Positions 9,000 to 19,068 of a stretch of 64,000 nucleotides of DNA are shown here, piece by piece. Location: positions 1-64,000 of IMG/VR virus record IMGVR_UViG_3300032431_000006, one strand, 5' to 3'. Position numbers and translations under genes: made by a program. The stretch's first letter is position 1. Each line of letters opens with the position of its first letter. A model generated the notes under the pieces. The model saw nothing but the letters and a program-made list of their open reading frames with translations, searched no databases and had not been told where the DNA came from. This DNA comes from a virus.

Positions 9000-9965
9000 C
9001 TAAACAGCTTTAACCACATCAATATATTTAATCCCTGCCGGATCGTGAATCATTGTACCGCTAGAACATGAGAAAAAAGGGAAGATTCGGGTTAATCCTT
9101 GTGTTGGTGCTAAAAATTGTTCATCAACTAACTGGGCAACTGTAGACTCGATCCGGCGACTGATTACCGCGGGATCTCTTGTGTAAACAATGATCCGATC
9201 GCGGTTAGTTGCAGCCGCAAAAACTCCGTATTTTTCGAGAATATCGCTCGAACTAAAGGGCGATCGGATAAAACTTGCAGAATTACCCGCTGCTGAGGTT
9301 CCCAGTTGCTCGATCGCAGCGTCTAAAGCTGAAACATCGCCATTTTGAGGGTTCATTATTCGAGATGCTAACACCCGCATCCGCTGCGATAACAGAATTG
9401 TGTCAGGCTCTAAAACTGTCTCACCATCCGCACTCAGTCCGGCGCTCAAGATAGTATCAATTAGAAATTCTACCCACTGAGCATAAGTCGCAGTGTTAGG
9501 GTTAAATGCTGACACCGTAACACTGACGTTAGGATTGTTATACAATCCGGTATAACCTAGAACAGGTTCCCCGATCGCCGCGAACCTGTTTAAGCGCTTA
9601 GCTATCTCCGATCGAACTATGTCAATTTTCCGGTTTTCTACTATTTGCCTGATTTGTAGCGCGTCTTGTGTTCGAGCTTCTTGCCACATTACAGAATATC
9701 CTTTTGCTGCCATTACAACAGGATAATTATCTGTACTTAAATTCACGGGCGTTAACGGGATGTCAGCAGCGCCGGGCGCTAGCAATATTGCCTCTTCCCC
9801 TAAATTACCGCCCATAAAGATCGCGCCGACCTCATCCTTCCCAGGCGGTAGGTCGCCCGTAGTAGGGATCAGTGTTCCATTCTCAAAAGGATATTGAGGA
9901 AATCGGTAGTTATTCCGAATTTCTAATCCTTCCGATATGTATTGCCACAAAGCAGAAACTGGCAT
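9000..9965 (-). CDS. putative major capsid protein
   Basis: 321 aa; follows the protease-scaffold gene and a small decoration-like gene; order and size are typical, and from memory it resembles DUF2184-type capsid proteins. Confidence 0.65.
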   Translation of the reverse strand: MPVSALWQYISEGLEIRNNYRFPQYPFENGTLIPTTGDLPPGKDEVGAIFMGGNLGEEAILLAPGAADIPLTPVNLSTDNYPVVMAAKGYSVMWQEARTQDALQIRQIVENRKIDIVRSEIAKRLNRFAAIGEPVLGYTGLYNNPNVSVTVSAFNPNTATYAQWVEFLIDTILSAGLSADGETVLEPDTILLSQRMRVLASRIMNPQNGDVSALDAAIEQLGTSAAGNSASFIRSPFSSSDILEKYGVFAAATNRDRIIVYTRDPAVISRRIESTVAQLVDEQFLAPTQGLTRIFPFFSCSSGTMIHDPAGIKYIDVVKAV

Positions 9966-9978
9966 TTTTTAACCTCTA

Positions 9979-10000
9979 AATTCCCATCAATGGGATTAAT
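9979..10000. repeat. hairpin motif copy 7
   Basis: aattcccatcaatgggattaat; loop TCAA; upstream of the capsid gene start. Confidence 0.85.
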
Positions 10001-10025
10001 AATTTGAGCTTTCAACTGTTAAGAA

Positions 10026-10484
10026 TTAAACCATGTTGAGCGAACAGATTGCCACTTCACCCGCGCCGATCGTAGACAAGAATCGAGCGTTAGGGACTAA
10101 TACAGCATTAGCGCCTGCTACATTTGTTGCTTGACCTTGTGTTGCTCCCACTGTAAAAATAGCGTAAACCGGATCACCCGATTTTACAGCAGCTACAACG
10201 GGGACGCCTATTACACCACGGAAATAATAGGCTATTTGGTCATCGGGCGGATGTTCATCTTTCAGATACCAGCGCTTACAAGCCCCCACAATGATAGATG
10301 AGGCATTAACTGGTAAAATCACACCGCGGCGTTCTAGATTGCCTTCTAAAGCAGTCGCGATCGCCACAAAATGACCGGGTTTTATCGCTGCGGTAATTTC
10401 TGCATTATAAGCAGTACGTCCGCTGTCTTCCTGTCCTGACATTGCTAGCTCACCAGCAACAATCTTATTAAATAGCTCAGGCAT
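10026..10484 (-). CDS. putative head decoration or cement protein (DUF2190-like)
   Basis: 152 aa Gly/Ala/Val-rich protein between the protease and capsid genes. Confidence 0.45.
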   Translation of the reverse strand: MPELFNKIVAGELAMSGQEDSGRTAYNAEITAAIKPGHFVAIATALEGNLERRGVILPVNASSIIVGACKRWYLKDEHPPDDQIAYYFRGVIGVPVVAAVKSGDPVYAIFTVGATQGQATNVAGANAVLVPNARFLSTIGAGEVAICSLNMV

Positions 10485-10501
10485 TGATTACTCCTTTTGA
10501 T

Positions 10502-11584
10502 TTATTTTTTCCAAGCATTCTCATAGCTGATGATTGCTGCTTTACCGTTCGCTAGATCACCTTTTTCTGAGATCGTATCATCTGGCATTTCTGCGGGTAT
10601 TTTTGAGCTTTTTTTGTTTAGTGCAGCCGATCGCTTTTTAGCCATATTGACTACAATCTCGATCGCTCTCAATTCTGCCGTAGCATCCGGTGTTACCAGA
10701 AAGTCCGCGAGCGATCGAGCGAATAACTCGTCAAACTCATGACTGGGCATTTTAGTTTCATTAACCAAAGCTTCAGCCGCCGATCTCAGACTAGCGTATT
10801 TTTGGCTAATCTCAGCATCTTTCTGATATTTTGATACTGACGCTTGCAAAGCTAGCACCTGTGTCTTTAAAGCCTCATTCTCTGCCTTGTGTGTGATTAA
10901 TTCAGCCTGTGATTGTCTGTACTTATCATCTAGATCCAAGTATGCCGGGTCTCTTTTGATATCGTCTACTCTTTCTGTCATTTTTTCTAAAGCTTCCTTA
11001 ACTTTCTGTACTCCGACGGTTTTAATAACTTGCTGCAAGCTATCAGGAAAGCCGCGATCGGCGCGCCCTATTCCTACTGTAGCATCCGCCGGAATAGAAA
11101 CTACACTGATCTCGAAAATTTCCCATTCGATCGCTTTTACTTTTTTTGGGCTGACTAATTTAGAATTCCACTCGTCACTTTCCCAAACCGCATTGCTCAA
11201 TACCTCATGTTTATACACTCGATAGCCTACACTAATTCCCCTGATAATGCCGTCTTTAACATTTTGATACAATTCCTCTGTAGCGGGCGATCGCGACATC
11301 TTAGCCACAGCTAAACCTCGATCGCCTTCCCATTTTATCGAACTAATAACGCCTCGAACCTGATCCGGATCATGATTCCATAAAAATGGAATTAAACCCG
11401 AATTAAGCCGATCGCCCTTAATTGCTTCTTCCCGACAATCTAAAACCTCTTCTACCACCTCCCATAGCTCCCAGTCCATACGGCGATGTGGGGTATTGCT
11501 AGCAAAGCTAAATTCTAGCGTTTTTATCCCTTCAGTATCGATCCCCGCGATCGCCCCGGACACGTCCCGATAGTTCATGTTCAT
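10502..11584 (-). CDS. prohead protease (HK97/S78-type) fused to a coiled-coil scaffold region
   Basis: LWNHD, GISVGYRV and EISVVSIPAD blocks in the N-terminal half; Ala/Glu/Lys coiled coil in the C-terminal half. Start moved to ATG 11584 because the track N-terminus MRFPTLGF is the translated hairpin motif. Confidence 0.8.
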   Translation of the reverse strand: MNMNYRDVSGAIAGIDTEGIKTLEFSFASNTPHRRMDWELWEVVEEVLDCREEAIKGDRLNSGLIPFLWNHDPDQVRGVISSIKWEGDRGLAVAKMSRSPATEELYQNVKDGIIRGISVGYRVYKHEVLSNAVWESDEWNSKLVSPKKVKAIEWEIFEISVVSIPADATVGIGRADRGFPDSLQQVIKTVGVQKVKEALEKMTERVDDIKRDPAYLDLDDKYRQSQAELITHKAENEALKTQVLALQASVSKYQKDAEISQKYASLRSAAEALVNETKMPSHEFDELFARSLADFLVTPDATAELRAIEIVVNMAKKRSAALNKKSSKIPAEMPDDTISEKGDLANGKAAIISYENAWKK

Positions 11585-11590
11585 ATCGCA

Positions 11591-11610
11591 AAATCCCAGT
11601 GTTGGGAATC
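11591..11610. repeat. hairpin motif copy 8
   Basis: aaatcccagtgttgggaatc. Confidence 0.9.
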
Positions 11611-11716
11611 TCATTAACCTTTAACAATTTAGCATAGAGAGGCGGGTTGTAGCGCGTTCGCCCCGTTTTTCAAGACGGATTTATTTTCCTGATTTTCCTG
11701 ATTCTCCATTTTGTTA

Positions 11717-11725
11717 TGATATAAT
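11717..11725 (+). promoter_or_regulatory. promoter (TGaTATAAT)
   Basis: 30 nt upstream of ATG 11756. Confidence 0.6.
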
Positions 11726-11755
11726 ATAAATATCATTGAAAATTGAGGCAATCAA

Positions 11756-12118
11756 ATGCTATTTCTGCCTGTTGACACTTCTTTAGGAACTTTGGAGATT
11801 TCCGAGGTTTATGATTATTACGATCGCCCATGCTTTTTTTCTTGCCACAATACGGTCGGCGATTTGTTTCTCGCTCTTTCTATTGATGAGAATTGCCTGT
11901 TTCATCGGTGGCTATATCTTGCCGTAACGGGCGATCGGTTGCAAGCTATTAAATCGGCAAATATTGCCCTCAAATCTGCTTTTATTGGTGCTGGGAATAG
12001 CGAACTATTCGATGTCAAAATCTTCTGCAACAATACCAGCACGGTCAAATTAATAATCGGTGCAGACTTACCGGACGATCTACTGCCTGCGGATAATGTT
12101 TTTTTGAGTTGCTATTAG
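11756..12118 (+). CDS. hypothetical protein
   Basis: 120 aa; TGaTATAAT promoter 11717-11725. Confidence 0.55.
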   Translation: MLFLPVDTSLGTLEISEVYDYYDRPCFFSCHNTVGDLFLALSIDENCLFHRWLYLAVTGDRLQAIKSANIALKSAFIGAGNSELFDVKIFCNNTSTVKLIIGADLPDDLLPADNVFLSCY

Positions 12119-12126
12119 GAAATACT

Positions 12127-12360
12127 ATGCCATATCAAATCGTCTATTTACACCGGGTCATTGCAGAACGTACAATCTGCCGACCGCTTAAGAAAGGAGA
12201 GGTTGTGCATCATTTGAATGGCATCTCAGAAGACAATAGCCCCGAAAACTTAGAGGTTTGCTCTAGCGCCTCGGTTCATCGGTTGCACCATCGAAAACCG
12301 CACTCCGATAATTTCCAGTCCGATCGCCCTTTAGAACGCGACGGCGACCTCTGGCTTTAA
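12127..12360 (+). CDS. HNH endonuclease
   Basis: VVHHLNGISEDNSPENLEV...HRLHH matches the H-N-H signature; AGGAAA before ATG 12127. Confidence 0.75.
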   Translation: MPYQIVYLHRVIAERTICRPLKKGEVVHHLNGISEDNSPENLEVCSSASVHRLHHRKPHSDNFQSDRPLERDGDLWL

Positions 12361-12366
12361 TGGGAA

Positions 12367-12465
12367 GTCACAGAATACTGTCATATTTATATAATATATG
12401 ACGTTCTGTGACAGCCTCAAACCTATACAGTGTAACGATTTTACCCCAATATCAAAATAGGTCGG
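12367..12465 (+). repeat. composite element E2 (short left arm)
   Basis: GTCACAGAAtacTGTCATATttatataaTATATGACgTTCTGTGAC nested palindrome plus the conserved tail. Confidence 0.9.
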
Positions 12466-12538
12466 GGCGATCGGGCGATCGCCCTAAAAGATTTCTACGA
12501 TCGCCACAGTCAGTATCGGGAATTTAGAGTTTGAAGGT

Positions 12539-13165
12539 TTGATGCTAGAAGATGGGAGTTTTGCGATTGGCGTTCCCCAAATAGGCATCAACTGGCTAAA
12601 TCAAGACACGCAAAATTATACGGCTCAAACCTTGAAACGCTTACTAGCTAAGGGTTCCAAGACACACAAAATCGTCTTTTTTGAGTGTAAGACCGAATTT
12701 AACAAAAATAAGACTTTAGCCGTAAATTTGCTAGATTTCCAGCGCATACTCAGAGTGTTGGACAAATCCGGGTATCAATCGGCAACAGATACCTGTGACG
12801 ACCTAATTGGTGTCGCAATAGATCAGCTTTGGGCGGATGCTTTCAACATCAAACGTGAGAAAGAAGACCGCCAGCGTGTGATTGTTGCGCGTCAAACTCA
12901 TCGGCAACAGTTTCGCGAGATGTTCACCGATTGGCTAAAAAAAGACGGCGACAAACTCTCAATTAGTGTCAACTATGGGGCTGAGGTTAATAAATTAAAG
13001 ACAGCAGCGGGATTATCTTTGAGACTTATTGACGAATACAACCCAGAGGACTATGCACTAATGGAGAAATTAAATCGCACCTACTACAGCTATTCTATGC
13101 TGCGATCGGCTGGACACAATCACGATGAGACGATCGCCCTGATAGACTCAATATCTGCCAAATAG
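12539..13165 (+). CDS. paralog family A protein (N-terminally shortened copy)
   Basis: Shares LMLEDGS and WADAFNIKREKEDRQR...VNYGAEVNKLKT...YNPEDY...LNRTYYSYSMLR with 13363..14049 and 56048..56719; lacks the conserved leader. Confidence 0.65.
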   Translation: MMLEDGSFAIGVPQIGINWLNQDTQNYTAQTLKRLLAKGSKTHKIVFFECKTEFNKNKTLAVNLLDFQRILRVLDKSGYQSATDTCDDLIGVAIDQLWADAFNIKREKEDRQRVIVARQTHRQQFREMFTDWLKKDGDKLSISVNYGAEVNKLKTAAGLSLRLIDEYNPEDYALMEKLNRTYYSYSMLRSAGHNHDETIALIDSISAK

Positions 13166-13174
13166 ACAGCACCT

Positions 13175-13200
13175 AACCCGCCCCGCGCGGGTTTTTGTTT
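13175..13200 (+). terminator. rho-independent terminator (shared family)
   Basis: AACCCGCCCCGCGCGGGTTTTTGTTT. Confidence 0.85.
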
Positions 13201-13207
13201 GGGTAGA

Positions 13208-13231
13208 CTCCCAACACTGGGATTAATCTTT
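13208..13231. repeat. hairpin motif copy 9
   Basis: ctcccaacactgggattaatcttt. Confidence 0.9.
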
Positions 13232-13290
13232 GCGGGCGATCGGGTGAAAGAAAACTATTTTTGAATTATCCTGATAATCTGCTGAGGTTG

Positions 13291-13362
13291 TGCTATAATA
13301 TAGGAAACACCGCGAAGCGCAAACTTCCGGTGCATGAGCAAACCTACCTAAGAGGTCAACTA
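13291..13362 (+). promoter_or_regulatory. promoter TGcTATAAT plus conserved 5' leader L1
   Basis: Leader ..CACCGCGAAGCGCAAACTTCCGGTGCATGAGCAAACCTACCTAAGAGGTCAACTA-ATG; stem CACCG/CGGTG. Confidence 0.7.
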
Positions 13363-14049
13363 ATGCCTAATATAACACAGAAAGCAATCGTAACGCAAGT
13401 CCCGATCGGAACTTTGCAAATAGAGGGCTTGATGTTGGAGGATGGGAGCTACGCGGTCGCGCAACAGCAGGTCGCCAGCCTTTTTGGCTTAACCACAAAT
13501 CACGTCACGAGAGACCTCAAAGCTATACTAGGAGCGGGTTCTGGCTTAACCAAGGTAAGTACAAACCGGAATACAGGCGACGCAAAAAACGCAACCGAAG
13601 TCGCATTAAACCTTGTGCAATTTCAAATTGTAATAGTCAAGTTATCGGCAAAAGGACATCTGTTTGCTCTCGAACTGAATCTGGCTTTAGTCGGTTTGGC
13701 ATTGACTCAGTTATTCTCGGATGCGTTTGGGGTTAAGTTCGAGAAAGAGGAACGCCAGCGTCATTTATTAGCGCTTCAAACTCATCGTGAACAGTTTCGC
13801 GTTAAGTTTACCGACTGGCTAAAAGAAGACGGCGAGAAATTCTCACTTACTGTCAACTATGGGGCTGAGGTTAACAAGCTAAAAACATCCGCAAATCTAC
13901 CATTAACACATCTGCACGATTACAAACCAGAGGACTATCCAATAATGGAGGAATTGAATCGCACGTATCACAGCTATTCTATGCTGCGATTGGCTGGTAA
14001 AACTCACGATGAGACGATCGCCCTGATAACTTTAGCTTCTACCAAATAG
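13363..14049 (+). CDS. paralog family A protein
   Basis: ATG 13363 preceded by the conserved leader and AAGAGG; the track ORF start at 13261 lies inside the promoter and leader. Confidence 0.75.
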   Translation: MPNITQKAIVTQVPIGTLQIEGLMLEDGSYAVAQQQVASLFGLTTNHVTRDLKAILGAGSGLTKVSTNRNTGDAKNATEVALNLVQFQIVIVKLSAKGHLFALELNLALVGLALTQLFSDAFGVKFEKEERQRHLLALQTHREQFRVKFTDWLKEDGEKFSLTVNYGAEVNKLKTSANLPLTHLHDYKPEDYPIMEELNRTYHSYSMLRLAGKTHDETIALITLASTK

Positions 14050-14058
14050 ACAGCACCT

Positions 14059-14084
14059 AACCCGCCCCGCGCGGGTTTTTGTTT
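14059..14084 (+). terminator. rho-independent terminator (shared family)
   Basis: AACCCGCCCCGCGCGGGTTTTTGTTT. Confidence 0.85.
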
Positions 14085-14090
14085 GGGTAG

Positions 14091-14115
14091 GTTCCCAACA
14101 CTGGGATTAATCTTT
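14091..14115. repeat. hairpin motif copy 10
   Basis: gttcccaacactgggattaatcttt. Confidence 0.9.
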
Positions 14116-14131
14116 ACGGGCGATCGCCCCG

Positions 14132-15268
14132 CTAAATGCCAGCCAATTCTGCAATCCGACTTCCGACAGTCTCAGCATCTAGGATCGAATTTTCAACAGT
14201 TTTCTGTAGCGCGGTAATTAATCCGTTAGGATCGCGCGGTTCATCTATTCTCAATGGGAATTTACCCCAATCCCCAATGTCGCCATAATTAAACTGAATA
14301 ATCGGGCGGATTAGTTGCTCTACCAATTCCTCCCCAAAAATACCCGCATCGGTGCGGCTAGCCATTCTCAATATCTCAGTGTGTCCGCTGTTTAAATTCG
14401 AGTCGCCCGACCCGGATTCGCCTTGTCCTAAAATCGTCTCAGGTATTAAAAAACTCATCAAAATTCCTTGCCTGAGTAGTCTTAAAACTGAAACAAAAAA
14501 AGCGCCGTCTGTCTGTTGCGCGATCACCAAAATCTCATCAAGCAAGTCGATTACCATTACCCCACTGTTGCGGGCCTCTTCTAATTTTTCAAGCATAACT
14601 TTTGCCGCCTCATCGGTTCCGGCGTTACTTTTGCCAACTAACAGCGGCGTTGCTTGCCGTTGCGCTGCGATCGCCATTGAAAGCATCACTAACCTGTATT
14701 GCTCCCAAAATGGGATCGCTCTTTCTAGCGTAGCAACACCCGCCGGATTATTCCCAAGATTAAAACACTCTTCATTTTTGATATGTAAAAAATCGGTTAA
14801 TTCGATGTCTAATTCACCTTTTTTAAACCTAGTTTCTAAGCTTAAATCGTCTCTCAGCTTAAATTTTATAAACCGCGGATCGACCCAATTCAAACCCGCT
14901 AGCACTGCTTTTCTTGCTCTGATTTCGTGCCATTTTTCAGTAATCGAAAAGCCGTAATAAATTGATGACGCAATCTTGCTTTGATGAGTTTTAAAACTAC
15001 CTGGTAAATCTTCAATTTGCTTTAGAATATCTTGCTTAATTTGGGGATCTTCATGCGAGTATCCCTGCAAATATGAAAGCATTAATAAAATGCGAACCTT
15101 AGCCGCGGCCGCGATCCAAGGCTGCTTAAGCATGGCTGCATAATCGTTAACGTAATAATTGCTTCTCTTCCCGTACCAGCCATTCTTAAACCAGTGGGAA
15201 GAGGACTCGCCATAGCCTAGACTTTGACCTATAAGCGAGACTAATGGGGTGAGTGCTGATGTCTGCAT
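14132..15268 (-). CDS. putative portal protein
   Basis: 378 aa; next minus-strand gene after the large terminase; position-based call, no motif recognised. Confidence 0.5.
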   Translation of the reverse strand: MQTSALTPLVSLIGQSLGYGESSSHWFKNGWYGKRSNYYVNDYAAMLKQPWIAAAAKVRILLMLSYLQGYSHEDPQIKQDILKQIEDLPGSFKTHQSKIASSIYYGFSITEKWHEIRARKAVLAGLNWVDPRFIKFKLRDDLSLETRFKKGELDIELTDFLHIKNEECFNLGNNPAGVATLERAIPFWEQYRLVMLSMAIAAQRQATPLLVGKSNAGTDEAAKVMLEKLEEARNSGVMVIDLLDEILVIAQQTDGAFFVSVLRLLRQGILMSFLIPETILGQGESGSGDSNLNSGHTEILRMASRTDAGIFGEELVEQLIRPIIQFNYGDIGDWGKFPLRIDEPRDPNGLITALQKTVENSILDAETVGSRIAELAGI

Positions 15269-15278
15269 AATTGTGATG

Positions 15279-15296
15279 ATTCCCAGTGTTGGGAAT
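15279..15296. repeat. hairpin motif copy 11
   Basis: attcccagtgttgggaat; perfect 7-bp arms; 10 nt upstream of the portal ATG. Confidence 0.9.
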
Positions 15297-15343
15297 ACCG
15301 ATATAGTATGTTATGCTGTAATCTAACATACAGGATACAACTC

Positions 15344-15640
15344 ATGATATCAGGAATTTTAAAGAAATGGTTTCAGCCGTTAGCGAAGCCCTCGCAGAGG
15401 ATCGCCCCGAACGATTCTAACGAATGCCTACCGGAGCGCAAATCGTGGGAATTGAAGCCGGGCGATCGAGTATTTGTTGGCATTTGTCAAGGCGGCGCGA
15501 CGATCGAGTCGATCGCAGTCGATCGGGTAATGGGGACGGCTACGATCGTATGGGATAATGAACACGATCGGAGGCGATTAATCTCGGTCTTCAACAGTAA
15601 AGAAAAGTTTTTTATTCACTCAGTTTCTGCTGAGTTTTAA
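15344..15640 (+). CDS. hypothetical protein
   Basis: 98 aa from ATG 15344; TATAGT at 15302-15307; contains a 29-nt dispersed-repeat insert. Confidence 0.4.
   Translation: MISGILKKWFQPLAKPSQRIAPNDSNECLPERKSWELKPGDRVFVGICQGGATIESIAVDRVMGTATIVWDNEHDRRRLISVFNSKEKFFIHSVSAEF
15379..15408 (+). repeat. 29-nt dispersed repeat GTTAGCGAAGCCCTCGCAGAGGATCGCC
   Basis: Same sequence at 28085-28113, and inverted at 18814-18842. Confidence 0.8.
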
Positions 15641-17073
15641 AATGTGGGATGGGCAAACTGTACGCCAACACTAGGGGCGATCGGATCTCTAGCGTGTACC
15701 AAATCAAAACAAGCAAAAGCGCTAGCAGCCGCCATCACTAAGTCATCATGCCCTGAGACGGCGCGCCGATCGTCTTTTGAAAACTTTTTAAACTCTTCTA
15801 TCCCTTCCCAACTTTTAGGGTAATTTATCGATCCTTCCTCTACAAATAGCTTTAATCTGTCAGTGTTGATAATTTTACTCGACTTAGTTGAAAGTATGCC
15901 TTGTATGCGAATATCAGGCATTTTTTCAGCTAAGTTTTCAGCTATTACCTTACCGCCTGAGTTAATTTCCACTCCGATGATTAGCGGGGGATATCGCCTT
16001 ATAAATGGAATTAAAGCCCTGATTGATGTTGACACTGGGGTTTTGTTTTTGTGGTACTCATAAGCCAAATTATAGGGAACTGTGGAGATATCCCAAGCTT
16101 GAGCCGTGAAGTAATCATCCCCGCCATAGTTGGGATCTATCCCCCACAAATAGCGGCGATTGTGAATAGGTGAAGCATAGTTGCCGATCGCACAAGCATC
16201 AACAGCCTCGACATCGAATAGCATAGATTCTGCTTTTTTAACGTGCCAGTTGCCATATAAAAGCCGATCGCGATCTACTGAGTTTTGAGCTTGTAAGTTT
16301 GCTAAATAGCCGGGATCTGCTTTTAGCAAGGTCGGGTTATCTTCTACGGTCGCGCCAATAAAAGTAAAACTTTTTGGTAGGCAACCCGGATATTTTATCT
16401 GCAATTCCTGCTTTGTGTCACCCCAAATAATAATATCATCAACTACGATAAAAAACCTTATTTTCCCTGCTTTTTTGGGGTCTGCATAGCCGTCTTCACC
16501 TATCCACCAATTAACCAACTCAGCAACCCAACTATCGGCATCCGGGTTGCAAGTTGCCCTCATTTTTGGCTCAAAACCGTGGGGCGATCGTAACCTAGAA
16601 AGTAAGTAAAAAAACTGTTTTTTAGTAAAATGCGTAACTTCATCAAAGCCTACATAGGGTAATTGTGCGCCCTGCCAATTATTCACGTTTTTTTCGTGCT
16701 GTAAATGCGAGAATCTGATTGTAGCACCGCTGGGAAAAGTCCACTCTAAACGGGTCTGATGAGCCGTCGCGCCCTTCAAAGGATACCATCTCTGAGACTC
16801 ATCCCACAAGCCGCCCTCATTGCATATTTCTGGGTATGTCCTACGCAAGATAACGGCGCTATAAATGCCATTATCAATATGTTTTGCAGCATCCCAAAGC
16901 AACCATGTAGTTTTACCGGGCCCCGCGCCGCCTCCAAACAATAAAACTTCTGCTTTACTTTTGAGTGCCAGCGCTTGCTTAGGGTGTGGCGGCGGAAAAT
17001 CTGCGAACTTTTGCCGCTTTCCTCTGGCAATTTCTGCCATTTTTCTTAGCTGCAAGGCTTTAGCTAAAGGCAT
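15637..17073 (-). CDS. terL: terminase large subunit
   Basis: 478 aa; Walker A LLFGGGAGPGKTT; overall layout typical of phage large terminases; overlaps the upstream small gene by 10 nt. Confidence 0.9.
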   Translation of the reverse strand: MPLAKALQLRKMAEIARGKRQKFADFPPPHPKQALALKSKAEVLLFGGGAGPGKTTWLLWDAAKHIDNGIYSAVILRRTYPEICNEGGLWDESQRWYPLKGATAHQTRLEWTFPSGATIRFSHLQHEKNVNNWQGAQLPYVGFDEVTHFTKKQFFYLLSRLRSPHGFEPKMRATCNPDADSWVAELVNWWIGEDGYADPKKAGKIRFFIVVDDIIIWGDTKQELQIKYPGCLPKSFTFIGATVEDNPTLLKADPGYLANLQAQNSVDRDRLLYGNWHVKKAESMLFDVEAVDACAIGNYASPIHNRRYLWGIDPNYGGDDYFTAQAWDISTVPYNLAYEYHKNKTPVSTSIRALIPFIRRYPPLIIGVEINSGGKVIAENLAEKMPDIRIQGILSTKSSKIINTDRLKLFVEEGSINYPKSWEGIEEFKKFSKDDRRAVSGHDDLVMAAASAFACFDLVHARDPIAPSVGVQFAHPTF

Positions 17074-17549
17074 GATTCAACCTCGCTAGCTGGTAATAAG
17101 TATTGCTCTGATTCGGCTGAAACATCTATAATTTCATGCTTAACGGCATCCAATTCGATGCCTTCCGGCGCGATCGCCGTGGCACTGACTGAAATATCAC
17201 CTAATACCTCTGCCGCCCTTACTAGCTCTCGCAACTGTAGCAAATTAATCTCATCTTCACCGATCGTCTCAGTGATTTTAGCAAGTGTTGCGGACATTGT
17301 TTCGCCCAATTGATTCATCCACCGTTTCGCGATCGAATTTCTGTACTGCCAGTAAACCGCATCTAAATGCGGCGATGTTTTCACTTTTGCACTAATCGGA
17401 ATCTGCTTTTTTGCCGGAATATTAAAGTGATTTTCAGCCGCTTTGATGCCTAGCACATCTCGCATCGCCGTCATCATGCAGCATTGCTCATCGGTCAATT
17501 TTGGGTGTAACCTACGCAAAAAAGGATCTTTCTTCCTCATTAGTTTCAA
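17064..17549 (-). CDS. putative terminase small subunit
   Basis: 161 aa gene overlapping the terL start; call by position only. Confidence 0.5.
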   Translation of the reverse strand: MKLMRKKDPFLRRLHPKLTDEQCCMMTAMRDVLGIKAAENHFNIPAKKQIPISAKVKTSPHLDAVYWQYRNSIAKRWMNQLGETMSATLAKITETIGEDEINLLQLRELVRAAEVLGDISVSATAIAPEGIELDAVKHEIIDVSAESEQYLLPASEVESCL

Positions 17550-17642
17550 CTGAGATTAATTGCAAATATATCTAAAAGTAACACACAAACACAATAAATG
17601 CGATCGAGATTTTAGTCCCGATCGCCCTGGTTATTGCTGGTT

Positions 17643-17661
17643 AATTCCCAACACTGGGAAT
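17643..17661. repeat. hairpin motif copy 12
   Basis: aattcccaacactgggaat. Confidence 0.9.
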
Positions 17662-17662
17662 G

Positions 17663-18715
17663 CTAAAACGGTACTAACTCCGAGAATACTTCTTTTGTTA
17701 GCGCGGTTAAAGCGTCAAGATTCTCGATCGTTAAAGCTTCTGATCTGAGCAACTTATCAAATTTCTCAAGCGCTTTGTGTCCGGGTAGTTTGTCTTGTAT
17801 TAGCTCTATTACCAGGCTAATCGTAACCTGCTTTTTACGGAATAAGCTCAACTCGCCAAAGGTTTTAGCTTTTGCTGCTTCTAAAAACTTATCCATCCGA
17901 TTTTGGTCGATCGTCACTGCATTTAGGTCATACACACCCTCAATCATCAGCATAAATTCATCGTACATCCCACTGAGGAATTCCATTGCTTTTATCTGAT
18001 CCGGTGTCGGTTGCTTTGCAGTATCGGATGGCGATTGTGTTTGGGGTTCTTGAGCTTTTAAAGGTACGTTAGGGTAAGTTATGCCCGATCGCCCGGTTGT
18101 TGGTGCTTGACTGCTGAAACCCGATTTAGAGGCAACTGATGGCTGGCTGTTAGTTTTGCCTTCATCATCGCTGAACACCCAAGATGCGGGGATCTCTGCG
18201 ATCGGATAATCGCAGTTATTAGCTTTACTTAGAGCGATTTGTGCTATTATTTGCCAGTCCGGACGCCCTTCCCCGCCAAAAAATGGCAACTCGACACCAT
18301 CACACAGCATATTGCAGTATAAAATACTGCCTGGGTTTGCCGATTTTGTTTTCGCGGGATCGGCGGGTGTCGGATTAATGCCTATTTGTCCGTTTTGCGC
18401 TTGTTCAGTAGTCAGGCTAGCCATTGCCCATATCATGCCCCGTGCAAAGCTAGTTCCTGATCCCGTCTCAAACTTGTATACTTGGTTTTGCTCGTCTTCC
18501 AGCATTAACCCGACTTTCCAGCCGTCTTTACCGCCGCGATTAGCCTCATAGATATTCAAACCTCGCAACCCGCCCGCTTTACTTTGAAAGCTTACCGCGT
18601 CCACCTTTACAGGCTCACCGTTTGAAACGGTAAACCATAAACCGCCTTTGGTGCGGTTGCAGTATACGGTCTGAACGCCTAATCTAAATGTCAAAAATCC
18701 TGTTTGCTTAGTCAT
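17663..18715 (-). CDS. hypothetical protein
   Basis: 350 aa ORF with no competing frame; function not recognised. Confidence 0.65.
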   Translation of the reverse strand: MTKQTGFLTFRLGVQTVYCNRTKGGLWFTVSNGEPVKVDAVSFQSKAGGLRGLNIYEANRGGKDGWKVGLMLEDEQNQVYKFETGSGTSFARGMIWAMASLTTEQAQNGQIGINPTPADPAKTKSANPGSILYCNMLCDGVELPFFGGEGRPDWQIIAQIALSKANNCDYPIAEIPASWVFSDDEGKTNSQPSVASKSGFSSQAPTTGRSGITYPNVPLKAQEPQTQSPSDTAKQPTPDQIKAMEFLSGMYDEFMLMIEGVYDLNAVTIDQNRMDKFLEAAKAKTFGELSLFRKKQVTISLVIELIQDKLPGHKALEKFDKLLRSEALTIENLDALTALTKEVFSELVPF

Positions 18716-18813
18716 GTTTGGTTCCGTTTAGTTTGTTTGCTTCTGTCCAACTATTTAACTATACCATAGCATTCTGCAAAATCCGCAAAAAATAAAAAAA
18801 ATATTTTTGGTCG

Positions 18814-18842
18814 GGGCGATCCTCTGCGAGGGCTTCGCTAAC
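18814..18842 (-). repeat. 29-nt dispersed repeat (inverted copy)
   Basis: ggggcgatcctctgcgagggcttcgctaac. Confidence 0.8.
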
Positions 18843-18867
18843 GGCGCTTTTTTTGCCCGATCGCCCC

Positions 18868-19012
18868 GTCACAGAATAGGGGATAAAGTCATAGAATATT
18901 CGGTATATTTTATAATATATAGCGTTTTGTGACAGACTTAAACCTATACACAGTAACGCTTGCAGCCATTTTGAAAACTCGATGCCAAATAGCACTAATA
19001 TCCCCAATATTG
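18868..19012 (+). repeat. composite element E3 (long tail variant)
   Basis: Same head as E1; the tail carries about 40 extra nt between GTAACG and CCCCAATATT. Confidence 0.9.
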
Positions 19013-19068
19013 CGCGGGCGATCGCTCTAAAAGATTTCTACTATTTTCCTGATATTCCACTAGAGCTA

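Noticed and set aside
18759-19007. ORFs running through composite elements and palindromes (18759..19007, 31487..31801, 44609..44839, 45013..45246, 45248..45499, 32155..32346)
   Set aside because: Their sequences are not conserved between element copies at the protein level, and the frames differ from copy to copy. They also lack starts with a ribosome-binding context.
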